DNA of 64,000 bases from the human T2T-CHM13v2.0 reference genome, Homo sapiens. This document shows, piece after piece, positions 46,510 to 61,157 of this stretch. A program made the translations under genes and the position numbers. The notes beneath the pieces are model-generated. The model ran no database searches. It was not told the origin of the DNA and was given only the letters and a program-made list of their open reading frames with translations. Where the stretch lies: the NCBI RefSeq assembly GCF_009914755.1, contig NC_060926.1; one strand, given 5' to 3'. Every line of letters starts with the position of its first letter. Positions within the stretch are counted from its first letter, which is position 1.

Positions 46510-47006
46510 TGTCTTAGTTGGCTTGGGCACCAACTATAACAAACACCATAGACTGGTGATTTAAATAACAGAGACCCTTTTCACAGTTCTGGAGGTTGGA
46601 AGACCAAGATCAGGGTGCTGGCATGGATGGCATGGTTGTCTTAGTTGGCTTGGGCACCAACTATAACAAATACCATAGACTGGTGATTTAAATAACAGAG
46701 ACCCTTTTCACAGTTCTGGAGGTTGGAAGACCAAGATCAGGGTGCTGGCATGGATGAGTTCTGGTGAGGACACACTCTTGGCTTGCAGAAAGCTGTCATC
46801 TTGCTGTGTCCTCATGTGGCAGAGAGAGCGCTCTGGTAACTTTTTCTTCTTTTTATAAAGGCATTAATCCCATCAAGAGGACTCTTCTCTGATGACCTTA
46901 TCTAAACCGAATTATCTCCCAAGGGCCTTATCTCCATATACCATCACATTGGGGGGTTAGGGTTTCAACATGTGAATTTTGGGAGGACACAATTTAATCC
47001 ACAGTA
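46510..47006 (-). mobile_element. MLT1A-type LTR with 127-bp tandem duplication
   Basis: tgtcttagttggc...cacagttctggaggttggaag occurs twice; ends gggaggacacaatttaatccacagta. Confidence 0.85.
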
Positions 47007-47201
47007 CTGGCCTAGCAAAAACATCAGCTGTCTACTACATGGCTAAAGTAGTCTGCATCTTATCAGAGAGTTCCAAAGGTCACAGACTGAAAGATATATT
47101 ATAGTTTCACTATCAGCTTGCTTAGTGACTTGGGGAACTTAACGTCACAATTCTATCTCTTCCTTCTTTCACGCTTGCAAAATAGTGTTTGAGACACATA
47201 C

Positions 47202-47498
47202 TTTTTTTTTTTTTTTTGAGTCAGAGTCTCGCTCTGTCACCCAGACTGGAGTGCAGTGGCATGATCTAGGCTGACTGCAACCTCTGCCTTCCAGGTTCCA
47301 GCGATTCTCCTGTCTCAGCCTGCCAAGTAGCTGGGATTACAGGCATGTGCCACCACACCCAGCTAATTTTTGTATTTTTAGTAAAGACGGGGTTTCGGCA
47401 TGTTGGCCAGGCTGGTCTCAAACCCCTGACCTCAGGTGATCCACCCGCCTCGGCCTCCCAAAGTGTTAGGACTACAGGTTTGAGCCACTGCACCCGAC
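47202..47498 (-). mobile_element. AluSx
   Basis: Antisense dimer. Confidence 0.92.
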
Positions 47499-48355
47499 TC
47501 CTCACTCTTTTTTCATGTCTGAACCTGCTCCCCTGGCCCAGGGTGGGCATTTGTCCCAGGCAAAGCCAATGATTGTGGCTCTGTCCCACCAGGGTGAGAT
47601 TAAGTCTGCTTGGAATTCAAACTCTGAGTGGAAACCCACAGAGGTGAAAGGTCATCTAGATAGTTATCCAATGATAACTGAGAAAAGCACCAAGAACTGA
47701 GTTCTTCACACTTGAACTGCTGTTATTTCTGTCCTTACCAACCCTGTTTTTGCAGCTCTCCTGATTTGTGAGCCAGCCCAGAGGCCTTCCAATTAATCTT
47801 GTTTGCTTGTGGTGGATATAATCAAAGAGCCTTAGTGAGTCAAGCTACCTCAAAAGTTTGCTTTGAAATTAAATAGGACAATACATGAGAGGCAATTAGC
47901 ACATTACAAGGGATATAATAAATGCTCAAGAAACGTTAGCTAGTATTATTACTACAATTTGACTTCCTACTTGGATTCTACATGGTTACACAAATAAATC
48001 CCTACTTATTACTGAGAAGTCAGCTATAGGGAGTTGCTCATGTGAGAAGCAGACTTCCTGTGAACTGAAGCCTACACATCAGTGTCGACTCTTATGCCTT
48101 TAGTCAGGGTAAGAATCAAATGCAGAAATTCTACTCAATAGGTTGAGTTGGGGAGGCAGAGCTCGACTTTGAAGCCACCAATTATTTTCTCTAATTGGTG
48201 TCTTAATACATACCATAGCTCTCTTCTGATTGACAGATACACGAAACTGCTATTGTTTCTCAATTTTGGGTTCTCTAGAAGCAGACTGCTCTTTGAAAAA
48301 CCAGAATTCCCAACATTAACTTCATGTGTGTTGCATGTTTTAATTCAGTCCATCT

Positions 48356-48822
48356 GCAGTAGGCTGAATGGCTCCCAAGCATGTCAAGTTGCAACCTCTG
48401 GGACCTGTAAGTGTTAATTGATAAGGATAAAGAGTTTCTATAGATTTGATTAAGTTAAGGATCTTGGGATGGGGAGATTATCCAAATTACATTTACGGTG
48501 GACCTTAAATGGAATCTCAAGGGCCTTTATAGGAGGGAGGGAGAGGGAAGTTTTATCTACACAGAGAGATGATGTGAAGTCATAGGAGAATTGGGGTGAC
48601 ATGGCCACAAGTCAAGGAATACTGCCAGCCACCAGAAACTGGAAGAGTCAAGGCCCCTAGAGCCTTTAGGGGGAGCATGTTCCTGCCAACACCCTGATTT
48701 CTGCCTTATGAATCCAATTTTGGAATTCTGACCTCCAGAACTGTGAGAGAATAAATTCCTGTTGTTTGAAACCACCAGGTCTGTGGTAATTTGTTACTAT
48801 AGTAGCTACAGAAAACCAATAT
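48356..48822 (+). mobile_element. MLT1D-like MaLR LTR
   Basis: gccacaagtcaaggaat...ttctgacctccagaactgtgagagaataaattcctgttgtttgaaaccacc. Confidence 0.85.
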
Positions 48823-50845
48823 GTGATTCTAAATACCTTTGTCAAATGTATTGAAAATCTGTCTAATCAATTGTTTTAACAGACAGAAACTTAACTTTAT
48901 TTATATAGATTATTTTGCCCTTTCCTACCATGCCGATGTTCCAAAAAGCTGTGAAGAGCTGTTTCTGCACAGATACACCTCCTCCTGTGGTGTCACTCAT
49001 GACTGTCCCTAGTTGAATCATCCTTCTGCAATGTACCCAGGTTCATATGCCTCTCATGTGGTTCTCATGGTCCCTGGATCAGAGCTGCAATCCCCAAGCC
49101 CTTGGGCCCTTTCTGAAGGAGGAATGAAAGAGTATGGCTGACTACGGACAGTAAGCCCCCTTCTCCTCATTCCCACCTTCTCCAGGGGCAAGGAAATGAC
49201 TCATCGCACAAGCTCTCAATGCCCATCACCCATTCATTCTCTCCTCTTGGGTTGGGTGAAGTGAGGTCAAACTTCTTAGGAGAGAATAAAGGACATGGCT
49301 AAAGTTTTCTTCCCTCTTCCAGTTCTCTTCCCCTACGTTGATTGATCCTTTTACTTTTCCTAATACTTTAAAATGTTATACAAATATTTGCAAAAAATAT
49401 TTAGACATGGAAGAATGTATAGAAAATTGTGCAAATTTCTTTCTCCAAAGCTTTTCATTGTACTCCCCTTCATGTATTTAACCAGTATTAAAAGTTTGAT
49501 ATTTTCTTCTAGAGATTTCTTTAAATTCATATTCACTTCATTGGATGTACATGCATGTGTGTACACTTGTACACATACAGACAGAGAGGGCTTTTTTCTT
49601 AATTAGTAATAATAATGGCAAGAAAGGAAATGCAGAATTAAAGCAATTCTGTTATGCTAAGGTTAGGGCCAAGATTAGGAAAAACAGGACACTGTCCCTT
49701 GAGCTGGGGAGATTTGGGTGAATGTCATTTAAGATTTTGAACCCCTAGGCTTCTTTGAATTCTCCTGGTCTGCAGAAGTGACCATCCCTCTCCAAGAGTT
49801 AGCACATCCTTCTTGCTTGAAGACAATGGAGAGGGCTTTTCCTGTAGGCACATGATTTGCCTCCTGATTTGCTCCCATTTCCCTTCCTGGCCACTAGATC
49901 TATAACCAGGGTTAAGTTCCAACGTAATACAGCTTCAGATTTGCTGGGCTTGATAAGGATGAAAAGAAGCTCTACCCAAAGGAATTGCAAGACCTAAACA
50001 GAATGTATTGGTTGGCATTATTGGCACTGGATTCTGAGGGTGCACCATTAAGCAATCTGGAACAATATATTGGATAGGAGAGACTTTATTTATTTGGGGC
50101 ACTCTCCAAAAATATAAGATTCAATACTCTGTCAAGGATCTGAGGAGACGGTAGCAACTCACTACTAGTATAGATCCCAGAAGCATGCAGAAAATAACAA
50201 ACCATACTAAAGTTGAAATGTCAGAATTGCTATGGTAGGCAGTGGAGGAAAGGATTAAAAGCTTAAGGAAATGGGCATGCTGAAATAGGCATTAAATATC
50301 TATGTAATGCTGAAAGACTCACCAGATGATTATGTACCATGAGAGGGACTATTGTGCACACCATTAGCAAGGCCATAGTAATGCACAGGTGAGAGGGGTA
50401 CCAGCATCACTAAAATGTTTAGTGCTGGGACTTCTTTATTAGACAGGGTTAATATTAGGAGAGGCCATTACAGAGTAGACTCAATAAAAGCAGTGGGGAT
50501 GTTAGGATTCCAAAACAATAGAGGGTGTGTTATGGTAGGAACTGCCAGAAGCCACATTGACATAATTATCTAAATGAGTAGCAGACTCATAGGGTTATAA
50601 CCAAAAGGGCCTGACCGTCAGAGAGTAAAGGAGATGGTTGGAATACAGTATCCATAGGGGCAAAATATATTGACAGTAAGAGTATAACTCGGCCTGTACT
50701 ATCAGAAGAAATTGAATATGGGTGACAACTAAATTGAGAGCAATTTAGCTCCTGGATCTAAATTCGTTTTCAGCTACAGAACCCATTGACTGAAAAAAGG
50801 GCCAGGCTTCCAGAAGGATAGACCCTAACCTCATGCCAAATATAC

Positions 50846-51179
<334 letters not shown>

Positions 51180-51542
51180 TAGTCTTTCTCCAAAGGGACA
51201 AATGCCCACTTACTCAGGTATCCCAAATATTTTGGACATTGTGGGAGGCAAAGGTCTGAGGTGACATCAAAATCCAGAGACCCAAAGTAACATCATGGTC
51301 TCCCTGTTAGAATGAGGCCTTACAGTGTTATGACCAAAGTCTTGCTTATAGCAGGCCTATTGGGTTTGTTTTCCCAACTAGCTGTCATTCCTCTGGTTCA
51401 CAAAAGTATAATTGGGATTGCCCTATGTAGTACTTGGCACAACCCTAACTTTGGGTCTTTGGCCTGTAGAGTAAGGGATCTCATAGTGGGAAATGCCAAG
51501 TGGAAGCCTCTAAAAATACCCCATCTTCTACTCAATCCCATC

Positions 51543-52171
<629 letters not shown>

Positions 52172-52965
52172 CATCAAAGGACCAAAAACAATATAACCAC
52201 CCCAGGTTGGTAGATGGCAGAAATTAGTACTACTTTTGAGGATGCAGAGATAATAGATGCTCTCATATTTCCATTTAATTTGCCAATTTGGCTCCACAAG
52301 AAACCAGATTGCTCCTGGAAAGTGTCAGTTTACTGCAAACTTAAATAAGTTGTTTCCCTAATTTCAGCCACAGGACTAGATATAATTAATACCTTTGCTA
52401 GAGGAGATGAAAAGGGTTTCAGGTACATGGTACATAGCCACTGACTTGGCAAAAACATTCTTTTATATTCTGATCAGAAAGAGTTTGCATTCTCATGGTA
52501 TGGGTAAAAAGACATATTTATGGTTTTGTCCCAAAGCTATGCTAATTCTTCTGCTTTCTGTAATAATACAGTCCAGAGAGATATGGACCATCTGGGCATC
52601 CTATAAAACTTCACAATGACCTACTACATCAATGATATTATGTTAATTGGAGCTAATGAATAAAAAATGGCTAGCGCATTAGAGGACTTAGTAAGATACA
52701 TGTGCTCCATAGGATATGAGATAAAGCCTATAGAGAACCAGGGGCTGACATGTAAGCAAAATTTTAGGAGTCCTGTAGTCAAAAGTATTAATATATCAGG
52801 GCACATATTTCAAAGTAAAAGACAAACCATTACATCTTGCACCTTTCACTACAAGGAAGAAACCTCTATGCATAATACGTTGCCCTCAATTCTGGAGATA
52901 GCTTATTCCGCACTAGGGAATACTTCAGCTCATGCACCAACTGATAAGAAATATTGCCATCTTTA

Positions 52966-53190
52966 GCCTGAGCAACCTTGCAAAACCTCATCTGTACAAA
53001 AAATAAAAAAAATCAGCTGGTGTGGTGGCATGAGCCTGTAGTCCCAGCTACTCAGGAGGCTGAGGTAGAAGAATCACTTGAGCCTGGGCAGTTGAGGCTG
53101 CACTGAGCTGTGATCCCACCATTGCACTCTAGCCTAGGCAACAGAGCAAGACCCTGTCAAAAAAAAAAAAAAAAAAAAAGAAAAAGAAAG
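52966..53190 (+). mobile_element. 5'-truncated AluJ in ERV-L pol
   Basis: 20-bp TSD aagaaatattg(c/g)catcttta. Confidence 0.9.
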
Positions 53191-55159
53191 AAATATTGGC
53201 ATCTTTAAGAAGGTCCTAGTGCAGAAAAGATTTCTGTACCAAATCCAAGGTGGAGGACTAGCAGCTCCACTACTTGGACGACAAGACTCTGCAGATACTG
53301 TGGTATTAGAAATACCAGTAGCAAGAAAAGATACAAAGTGGCAATGGGGCTACAGTAAGCCCCAGCAGGAGAATAACAGTGCCAGCTTCTGAGATTCTGG
53401 AGCAAAGAGAATTATATACTTGAAAAAACCAAAACAAAACTCCTGGGATACTGCCCGGCATTCATAGAATTCATAAAAATGCCTGACCAGGAGACACCAA
53501 TGGTCATGCCTCCAAGAAATGCCCAACATGAGCTTGATTCACACAGAATCTCCAAATCATAAGGTTGCTTAAGCGCCACAGCAGTTATCTAAAGATAAGC
53601 ATGAGCTCCAAGCATAAGAAGGACTAGCAAAAAACAAGCAGCATAAGCATGTAGCCCAGACCCCCATGAATTTCACCACTGCATACTAAGACCTCTCCTT
53701 CACCTCACTATGATCATATTGGGAATCTCTCATGACCAGCTAATGGAAGAACCAAAATCCAAAGCTTGATTTAGAAATGGAAGAGCTTAGTATGTGTTTC
53801 TTAAAAATGGAAACAATTGAACTGCAGTCTCATTCTGAAGAGGTTTTAAAAGACTATAGTGAGGGACAAGGACAATCTTTCTAATAGGTAGCTTGGAATG
53901 ATTCACCTGTTGATCCACTTTGTGTAAAAGGAGTAGCGGCTTGATGTAACAATAAATCCAGACTCATGGGCAGGAGCCCATGAAAGAGTAAGATTGAAGG
54001 AATGAGATAAGGAGGTGGTTGAACAAATGGGAGTAGGAATGAAGTGAGAAAGTCTTTGTATCACATATCCACCAAAGAGCGTTAACCATGGAGATCGATC
54101 TAAACAGCCAAGTAGACAGCATTACTACACCAGTTTCTGTCATCAGCTACCCCAGTGCTGGCACAATGGGTTGATGATGAAATGGGCATGGTAGGAGAGA
54201 CAGATGTTATGTATGGGCCAGATAGTATGAGTTCCCACTTACCAAGGTGAATTTAGCTGTTGCTGGCATCAAATGTTCAACTTGCCAGGGGCAGACACTG
54301 ATGCTGAGCATCTGATATATAGTTTCTCAAGGAGACAATTTAGTGGTAAGTTAACTACTACAAGCCCCTTAGAACTTGGAAAAGCCAGAGGTTTGTTCTA
54401 ATAAGAATAAACACACGTTTTGGAAGTGGGTTTACTTTTCCTGCATGCACAGCCTTAGCTACCATCACCATCCAAGAATTTGTGAAATGTTTTCTCCTTA
54501 GGAAAGGATCCTTTCCTGACACTGTTAGAGCAGGGAGTTCACTTTACTGCAAAGGAGGTATAGGAGTGAGCCTATGACAATTGGATCCACTGGTCATATC
54601 ACATACCACACCACTCAGAAGCTGGCAGTCTGGGAGATTGAAATGTCATGCCGAAGACACAGTTGAAATGCTAGCTTAGAGACAATAGTTTACCAAAAAG
54701 GGGTTTCATTCTCCAGAAAGAGCTCCAGCTACTGGGCATCAGGATAGATTGGCTTCCATCTCCCAGAAGATTGAATCAAAACATTTTTACATGACACTGT
54801 ATCTCCAGTAAGAAAAATCAGGGGTCCAAGAACTAAGGAATAGAAGCAGGAGTGACCCCACTTACCATCACTCCTAAAGACTCAGTGGAGACTTGAACTT
54901 TCTCTCCCCACAACCCTAGGCTCTGAAGGGTTAGGGTCCTGGTTACCAAAGGAGGCACGGTTTTGCTAGGAGATCCAGCAAATGTAGACAACAACCACCA
55001 CCAGGCATTTCATGCTTCTTGTGTCCAGGGACTGGCAGACACGAAGAGAAGTTATCATCTTGGCAGGGATCACGGACCCTGTTCTTTAGGAGGCAGTAGG
55101 GCTGCTTTTACACAATGGGGGCGGGAATAAATATGTGTGCATCCAGCTAATACACTTGA

Positions 55160-55366
<207 letters not shown>

Positions 55367-55570
55367 TAACTACACAATCTTGTCCAAAGTATTCTCTGTT
55401 CAACAGAAAGCCTCAATTTAGGTGTAATCAAATTACTTTACTTTTTTTCTTTTTGTTATAGCTTGTGCTTCTGAAGTTTTGTATAAGTAACCCTTCCCTA
55501 CTCCTAAGTCACAAAAATGTTCTATATTTTATTTTATAAATTTATAGTTATAACATTCATATTTATTCTT

Positions 55571-55858
55571 TTATTTATTCATTCATTTATTTATTTATTT
55601 GAGACGGAGTTTCGCTCTGTCACCCAGGCTGGAGTGCAGTGGTGCGATCTTGGCTCACTGCAACCTCCGCTTCCCGGATTCAAGCAATTCTCTCCCTCAG
55701 CCTCCCGAGTAGCTGGGACTACAGGCGCCCGCCACCATGCCCAGCTAATTTTTTGTATTTTTAGTAGAGATGGGGTCTCACCATCTTGGCCAGGCTGATC
55801 TTGAACTCCTGACCTTGTGATCTACCCACCTCGGCCTCCCAAAGTGCTGGGATTACAG
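55571..55858 (-). mobile_element. AluS, slightly 5'-truncated, inside old L1M
   Basis: TSD catatttattctt. Confidence 0.9.
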
Positions 55859-56056
55859 CATATTTATTCTTAAATCTATCTGGAGTCCATTTTTTATTAT
55901 GTTGTATAAAGATCCAGTCTTTGTGTGCATATAGCTAGTTTTCCTTTAGTGTCTATTAAGTTTCTGTATAAACATGTCCCTGGCACTCACTTCTGTTTTT
56001 TGTCTGTTTGTTCTTGAACCAAACCAACAATACAATATTGTGATAGCTTTGAACTG

Positions 56057-56197
56057 TGTCAGATTAGTTTTACTGGAATTACATTTCCTGTAATTATTTT
56101 TTCCTTATGGTCCTCAGTTTGTTTTGGCCACAGGAGGCATTTTGTGTGATACTTGAAAAGTGGTAAGTGAAGGGGCAGCTATCTGTCTATCTATCTG

Positions 56198-56239
<42 letters not shown>

Positions 56240-56750
56240 ATCTATCTGCTCTGAAGGTCCTCAGAAAGTGCCATGTATAGCAACATCTTGCATGCATTGT
56301 TACTGATCTGCTGGCTTATCTTATTGAATCAACTGAGACATCCAGCTCCTCCAGCTCCTGTCAAATCTCCACCAGATTCTCCAATTTCTGCCCCAAGTAT
56401 GTGGACAGTTCCATGGTGAAAGGTCCCACCTTCTACTGATCACTCATAGCACTGATGTTGGAAATGGCAAGAGACACACACTGGTTCTGCTTTGTCTTGT
56501 GGGTTCCAGTTCCAGCTCCAGTTTGTCTTCACTGGTTCCAGTTTGCCCATCTTCTCAGCCACAGCTAGCTTTCCTTTCCATCTGCTAGTCTGTCTGACCT
56601 ATAAACGCTTGAGGTCAACACTAGATGCAGATGCAAAAGCTTATATAGACTCTTCTGCCAGCTCCCATAATTGCCTAAAGCTTAACACTATAGTAAATCC
56701 ATTATTCTATGAATAGAAATTCTGCTTCCCTTTTCAATTCCTTATTCAAA
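56057..56750 (+). mobile_element. Old ERVL-type LTR (family uncertain)
   Basis: ttacatttcc...ttggccacaggaggcattttgtgtga; 3' gccagctcccataattgc...gtaaatccattattct...ttctgcttc. Confidence 0.55.
56180..56246. repeat. (TATC)n / GATA tetranucleotide STR
   Basis: Seen directly. Confidence 0.96.
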
Positions 56751-57847
56751 TAAACACCATCCTGCTCCTTATTACTACTGTTTATGTTTTAATATTACAA
56801 AGTAGGAGTCTACATTTAAAATGGCAACTTAGTCTAGGAAATTAGTTGGCATATAAATTCTAGAGTATAAATTTCCTCACGAAATCTAACTGGAATTTTA
56901 ATCAACTGCTTTACATATATTAATTGATTTTTACGTTAGTGTAATTAGATATTTAAAATATTATGTTTGAGACTATAAAGTCTTTTCATGTACTAAATTC
57001 ATATCTGTGCCCTTTATAAAAGTCTTAAAATTTCCTCCATAGATGTCTTGTGTATTCTTGGTCAATTGGCTAATGTTAACAAAATATCTGGGTTAATTTA
57101 AGATACTTTATTTTTGTTGCAAAAATGAATGGCATAATTTACAAAATACTCTTATTTTGTTATTGAGGCTAAAGGCAATCCGTTTTTTAGTATAGTCTTG
57201 CGTCTGTCAACCTCGCCCAAATCCCTTATTAATTCTGATAGTTGATTGATTCTGTGTTTGTGTGTGTGTGTGTATTTGTGTGACTGATTCTGATGCTTGC
57301 CTACCCATTGGCCAGTCTACCTTCTCTCTTATAGTAGTATGTCTAATCCTAAGACATGAATTAGGATTGGTTTACAACACTGCCATCCCATTTCTCTTTG
57401 TGTTGGTCTAGGGGCATGCTACTAAGTTCTGTTGAGTAGTTTAGAAAAAGACTGTCCTCTCAGTTAAGAGAAAGGCATAGAAAAAGAAAAGTCTCTCTTT
57501 ACCCATATCCACTTCCTTCCTGCTTAGGTATTGATAGGAGCTGATGTGTGAGAATTTTGTGCTGGGAGCTCCAGCAGCCACCTTATGATCAAAATGGGAA
57601 ACTTGGTCGACATGCAGAGGATGGTCCTCTAAGCAGGTGGGAAAAGTGTGGGCCCTTGCTATGTCATGAGCTCCCCACCCAACTGGGGATCACCTACCTC
57701 CAGATTGCTGTCTGTTGAGGAAGAACTTTCCTAATGGTTAAGTCACCATTTTTTAAGGTCTCTGTCATTTACAGCTAAAATTGATCTGTTTGATATAGTG
57801 ACAGTGTAGTTCATAGCAATACCACCTGAGCATTCCCCTTCACATTC

Positions 57848-57982
57848 TTTCTTTTTCTTTTATGTAGAGATGGGGTCTCACTATGTTGTCCAGGCTGACC
57901 TCAAACTGCTGGTCTCAAGTAATCCTCCCACCTCAGCCTCCCAAGTAGTTGAGATTACAGATGTGTGTTACTGTGCCTGGCT
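57848..57982 (-). mobile_element. FLAM_A-like monomer
   Basis: Left-arm-type 3' half joined to a cctcccaagtag 5' half. Confidence 0.8.
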
Positions 57983-57995
57983 CCCCTTTACATTC

Positions 57996-58160
57996 TTTAA
58001 TTTAATTTAGAGACAAGGTCCTACTCTGCTGCCCAGGCTAAAGTGCAGTGGCATAATCACAGCTCACTGCAGTCTCCATCTCTTGGGCTTATAAATCATT
58101 CTCCCACCTCAGCCTGCCAAGTAGCTGAGGCTACCGGCCCACACCACTACATCCAGCTAA
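57996..58160 (-). mobile_element. FRAM / AluJ right monomer
   Basis: gagacaaggtcc...gtgcagtggcataatcacagctcactgcag. Confidence 0.8.
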
Positions 58161-58918
58161 TCCTTTACACTCTTAATTATAAAATGTATAATACATATAT
58201 TATTTTCCTTTTGTCCATTTTCTACCTTTTGTCTCATATTTTATCTCCATATTCTCCACATGTTTTCTTACTTTAGCTCTGGACAATCTTCACAGGCAAA
58301 ACAGGAAACAGTCCATATCATCAAAGCTCTGTTGGATCCCCGGTAGAATCAGCTCTGTCTCTTTCCCTTTATCCTCCACCTAAAATCACAGGCAGTTTTA
58401 CAGGCTCAGTTAATACCTGGGATATTATAACCCTGTTGTGAGTATTTATAAAGAGCAAACAATCACAGATATGAAGCTAAAATGAACTGGAGTATAGAGA
58501 GTTTCAGACATTTGCCCAAGTCTTAGGCAAAACGTGTCACATTGCCTTTAAAATTTCTCGTCTGATTCTAATAATTTGCTTAAATGAAATTTGTCTGGTA
58601 GAGCCAAATGGAAAGATCCCAGTATAAAAGGGAAGAAACCATCAGGTATCCAGTAAGAGAGCATGACGTTGCATGAGTGGGGAGTGGTAACAAAATCAGA
58701 GGAGACCAAGTATAATTAGATAATGAAAACATTTTAAACCCATAATATTAATAAGAGTTGAACATTGACTCCTTTGTAAATACTTTACTATATCAAAGAA
58801 GCTTGGCTAGAACTTAAGGAAGCTGAGCTTCTACCTTGTCAATTAATAATTCTGTGACCTTTGAAATTTTCTTTCCTTTACTCTCCTCACATATAAGGAA
58901 CTTATACAAGTGAAATTA

Positions 58919-59248
58919 TAGTTGGTCCTTTGTTGTGTCTGTGGTTCCCCATCCATGGATTTAACCAGTCTCAGTTAGAAAATATTTGGAAAAAAATAAT
59001 TAAACATAACAAGACAATGATAAAAAAGAATGCCAATTCAAAAGAATGCAATACAACAATGCTTCACATAGCATTCACATTGTGTTGGCATTATAAGTAA
59101 TCTAGAGATGATTTAAAGTGTATAGGAGGATGTGCTCAGATAATAAGCAAATACTACACCACTTTATATCAGGGACTTGAGCTTCCATGGATTTTGGTAT
59201 CCTCGGGGGTCCTGGAACAAATCCCCTGAGGATACGAAGGGATGACTG
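58919..59248. mobile_element. MER2 (Tigger-type MITE)
   Basis: gggacttgagcttccatggattttggtatcctcgggggtcctggaacaaatcccc...gggatgactg. Confidence 0.85.
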
Positions 59249-59299
59249 CACTTAGAAAAAAGGAAGATTCAATGGGAGAAATGTGAGCCACCTTTTCTT

Positions 59300-60550
59300 T
59301 CCCTTTTTTAACTGATGACTAAAAATTGTATATATGTATGGTGTACAACATGATGTTTTGATATATGCATACATTGTGGAATGGCTAAATCAAGCTAATT
59401 AGCATATGCATTACTTCACTTATTTTTTTGTGCTGAGAACACTTAAAACCAACTCTCTTAGCTACTTTCAAATATTCAATATGTTATTAACAATAGTCAC
59501 CGCAACATACATCTCCTGAAGGTATTTCTGATAGTTAACTCAAAATTTATATTTCTTGACTTTTCTTGACTAGCATCTATATCTCCAATCCTGCTATTTT
59601 ATGTCATGACCTTCCCGACCAACGGGGAACCATGAGCCCCTAATAACCACCATTCTAATTCTACTGTCTGCTTCTATGAGTTTGACTTTTTCAGATTGTC
59701 TTTCCGTGCCTGGCATATTTCACTTGACATAATGTCCTCCACGTTTATCCATGTTGTCACATGACAAGATTCCCTTCTTTTTTAAGACTGAATAGCATTC
59801 CATTGTATAGATACACATTTTCTTTATTCATCCATTGATGGACACTTAGGTTGATTCTATATCTTGGTTATTGTGAACAATGCTGCAATAAACATGGGCA
59901 AGCAGATATCTTTTTGACATATTAATTTCATATCCTTTGGATATATACCCAGAAGTGGGATTGCGGGATCATATGGTAGTTCTATTTTTAATTGTTTTGA
60001 GGAACCTCCATATTCTTTTCTATAATGGCTGCACTAATTTACATTTCCACCAACAGTGTACAAGCGTTCTCTTTTCTCCACATCCTCACCAACACTTGTG
60101 TTTTCTATTATAGCCATTCTAACAGGCATGAGGTGATAGATCATTGTGATTTTAATTTGCATTTTTCTAATGATTAGTGATATTAAGCATTTTTTCATAT
60201 ACCTGTTGGCCATTTGTATGTCTTTTTTGCAAAAATGTTTATTCAGGTTTTTGGTCCATTTTAAAATTGGGGCTGACCCTGGGCCCACTGCCTAAGAATT
60301 AGCTCTGCAAGGAACAGCAAAAAATAAAAATAAAATAAAATAAAATTGGGTTATTTGTTTTCTTACTATTGAGGTGTACAAGTTCCTTATATATTTTGGA
60401 CATTAACCTCTTTGTATGATTTGCAAATATTTTCTCCCATTCTGTAGGTTGTTTCTTCACCCTTTTGATTGTTTCTTTGTTATACAGAAGCTTTTTGGTT
60501 TGATGTAATCCCATTTATCCATTTATCTATTTTTCCTATTGTTGCCTGTA
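59300..60550 (-). mobile_element. L1MA-type 3' region
   Basis: ORFs 60034-60288 and 60299-60514 are L1 ORF2 C-terminus-like ([12 protein letters not shown]; [12 protein letters not shown]). Confidence 0.9.
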
Positions 60551-60654
60551 GTAAGCCACTTTTTTTAAGTTATTAAACTTCAAGAGGAGAGAGGTCTTTC
60601 TGACCATACACAGATATTCTCATGTCTTTTTTTTTTTTTTTTTAATAGAAAACA

Positions 60655-60935
60655 GGCTGGGCATGGTGGCTCATACTTGTAATCTCAGCACTTTGGGAGG
60701 CCAAGGCATGTGGATCACCTGAGGTCAGGAGTTCCAACCAGCCTGGCCAACATATGAAACCCCGTCTCTACTAATAATACAAAAATATAAAAAATACACA
60801 GAAAGGCTGAAGCAGGAAAATTGCTTGAACCCAGGAGTCAGAGGTTGCAGTGAGCCGAGATTGTGACACTGCACTCCAGCCTGGGTGATAGAGTGAGACT
60901 CTGTCTCAAAAATAAGTAAATAAATACATAAATAT
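60655..60935 (+). mobile_element. AluS with internal deletion
   Basis: Start of the right arm is missing. Confidence 0.88.
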
Positions 60936-61157
60936 AAAACATACACTAATGGGTTAAGCCTAATTTAGCTTCAGGAATTGGAAAATTAGATTTGGTTCCT
61001 ACCTCTGAACACTCACTGCTTTTTGCATGATCTTAAACAAGTTGCATTTCTCCTTTCATTCATTCTCCATCTGTAAGTCAGTAAGTCCTCCTTAATTGTG
61101 TTTTCCTCTTCAGAGGAATGGTGTCAAACTTCAAGAGAAATACAGCCAAGTTCTTAG

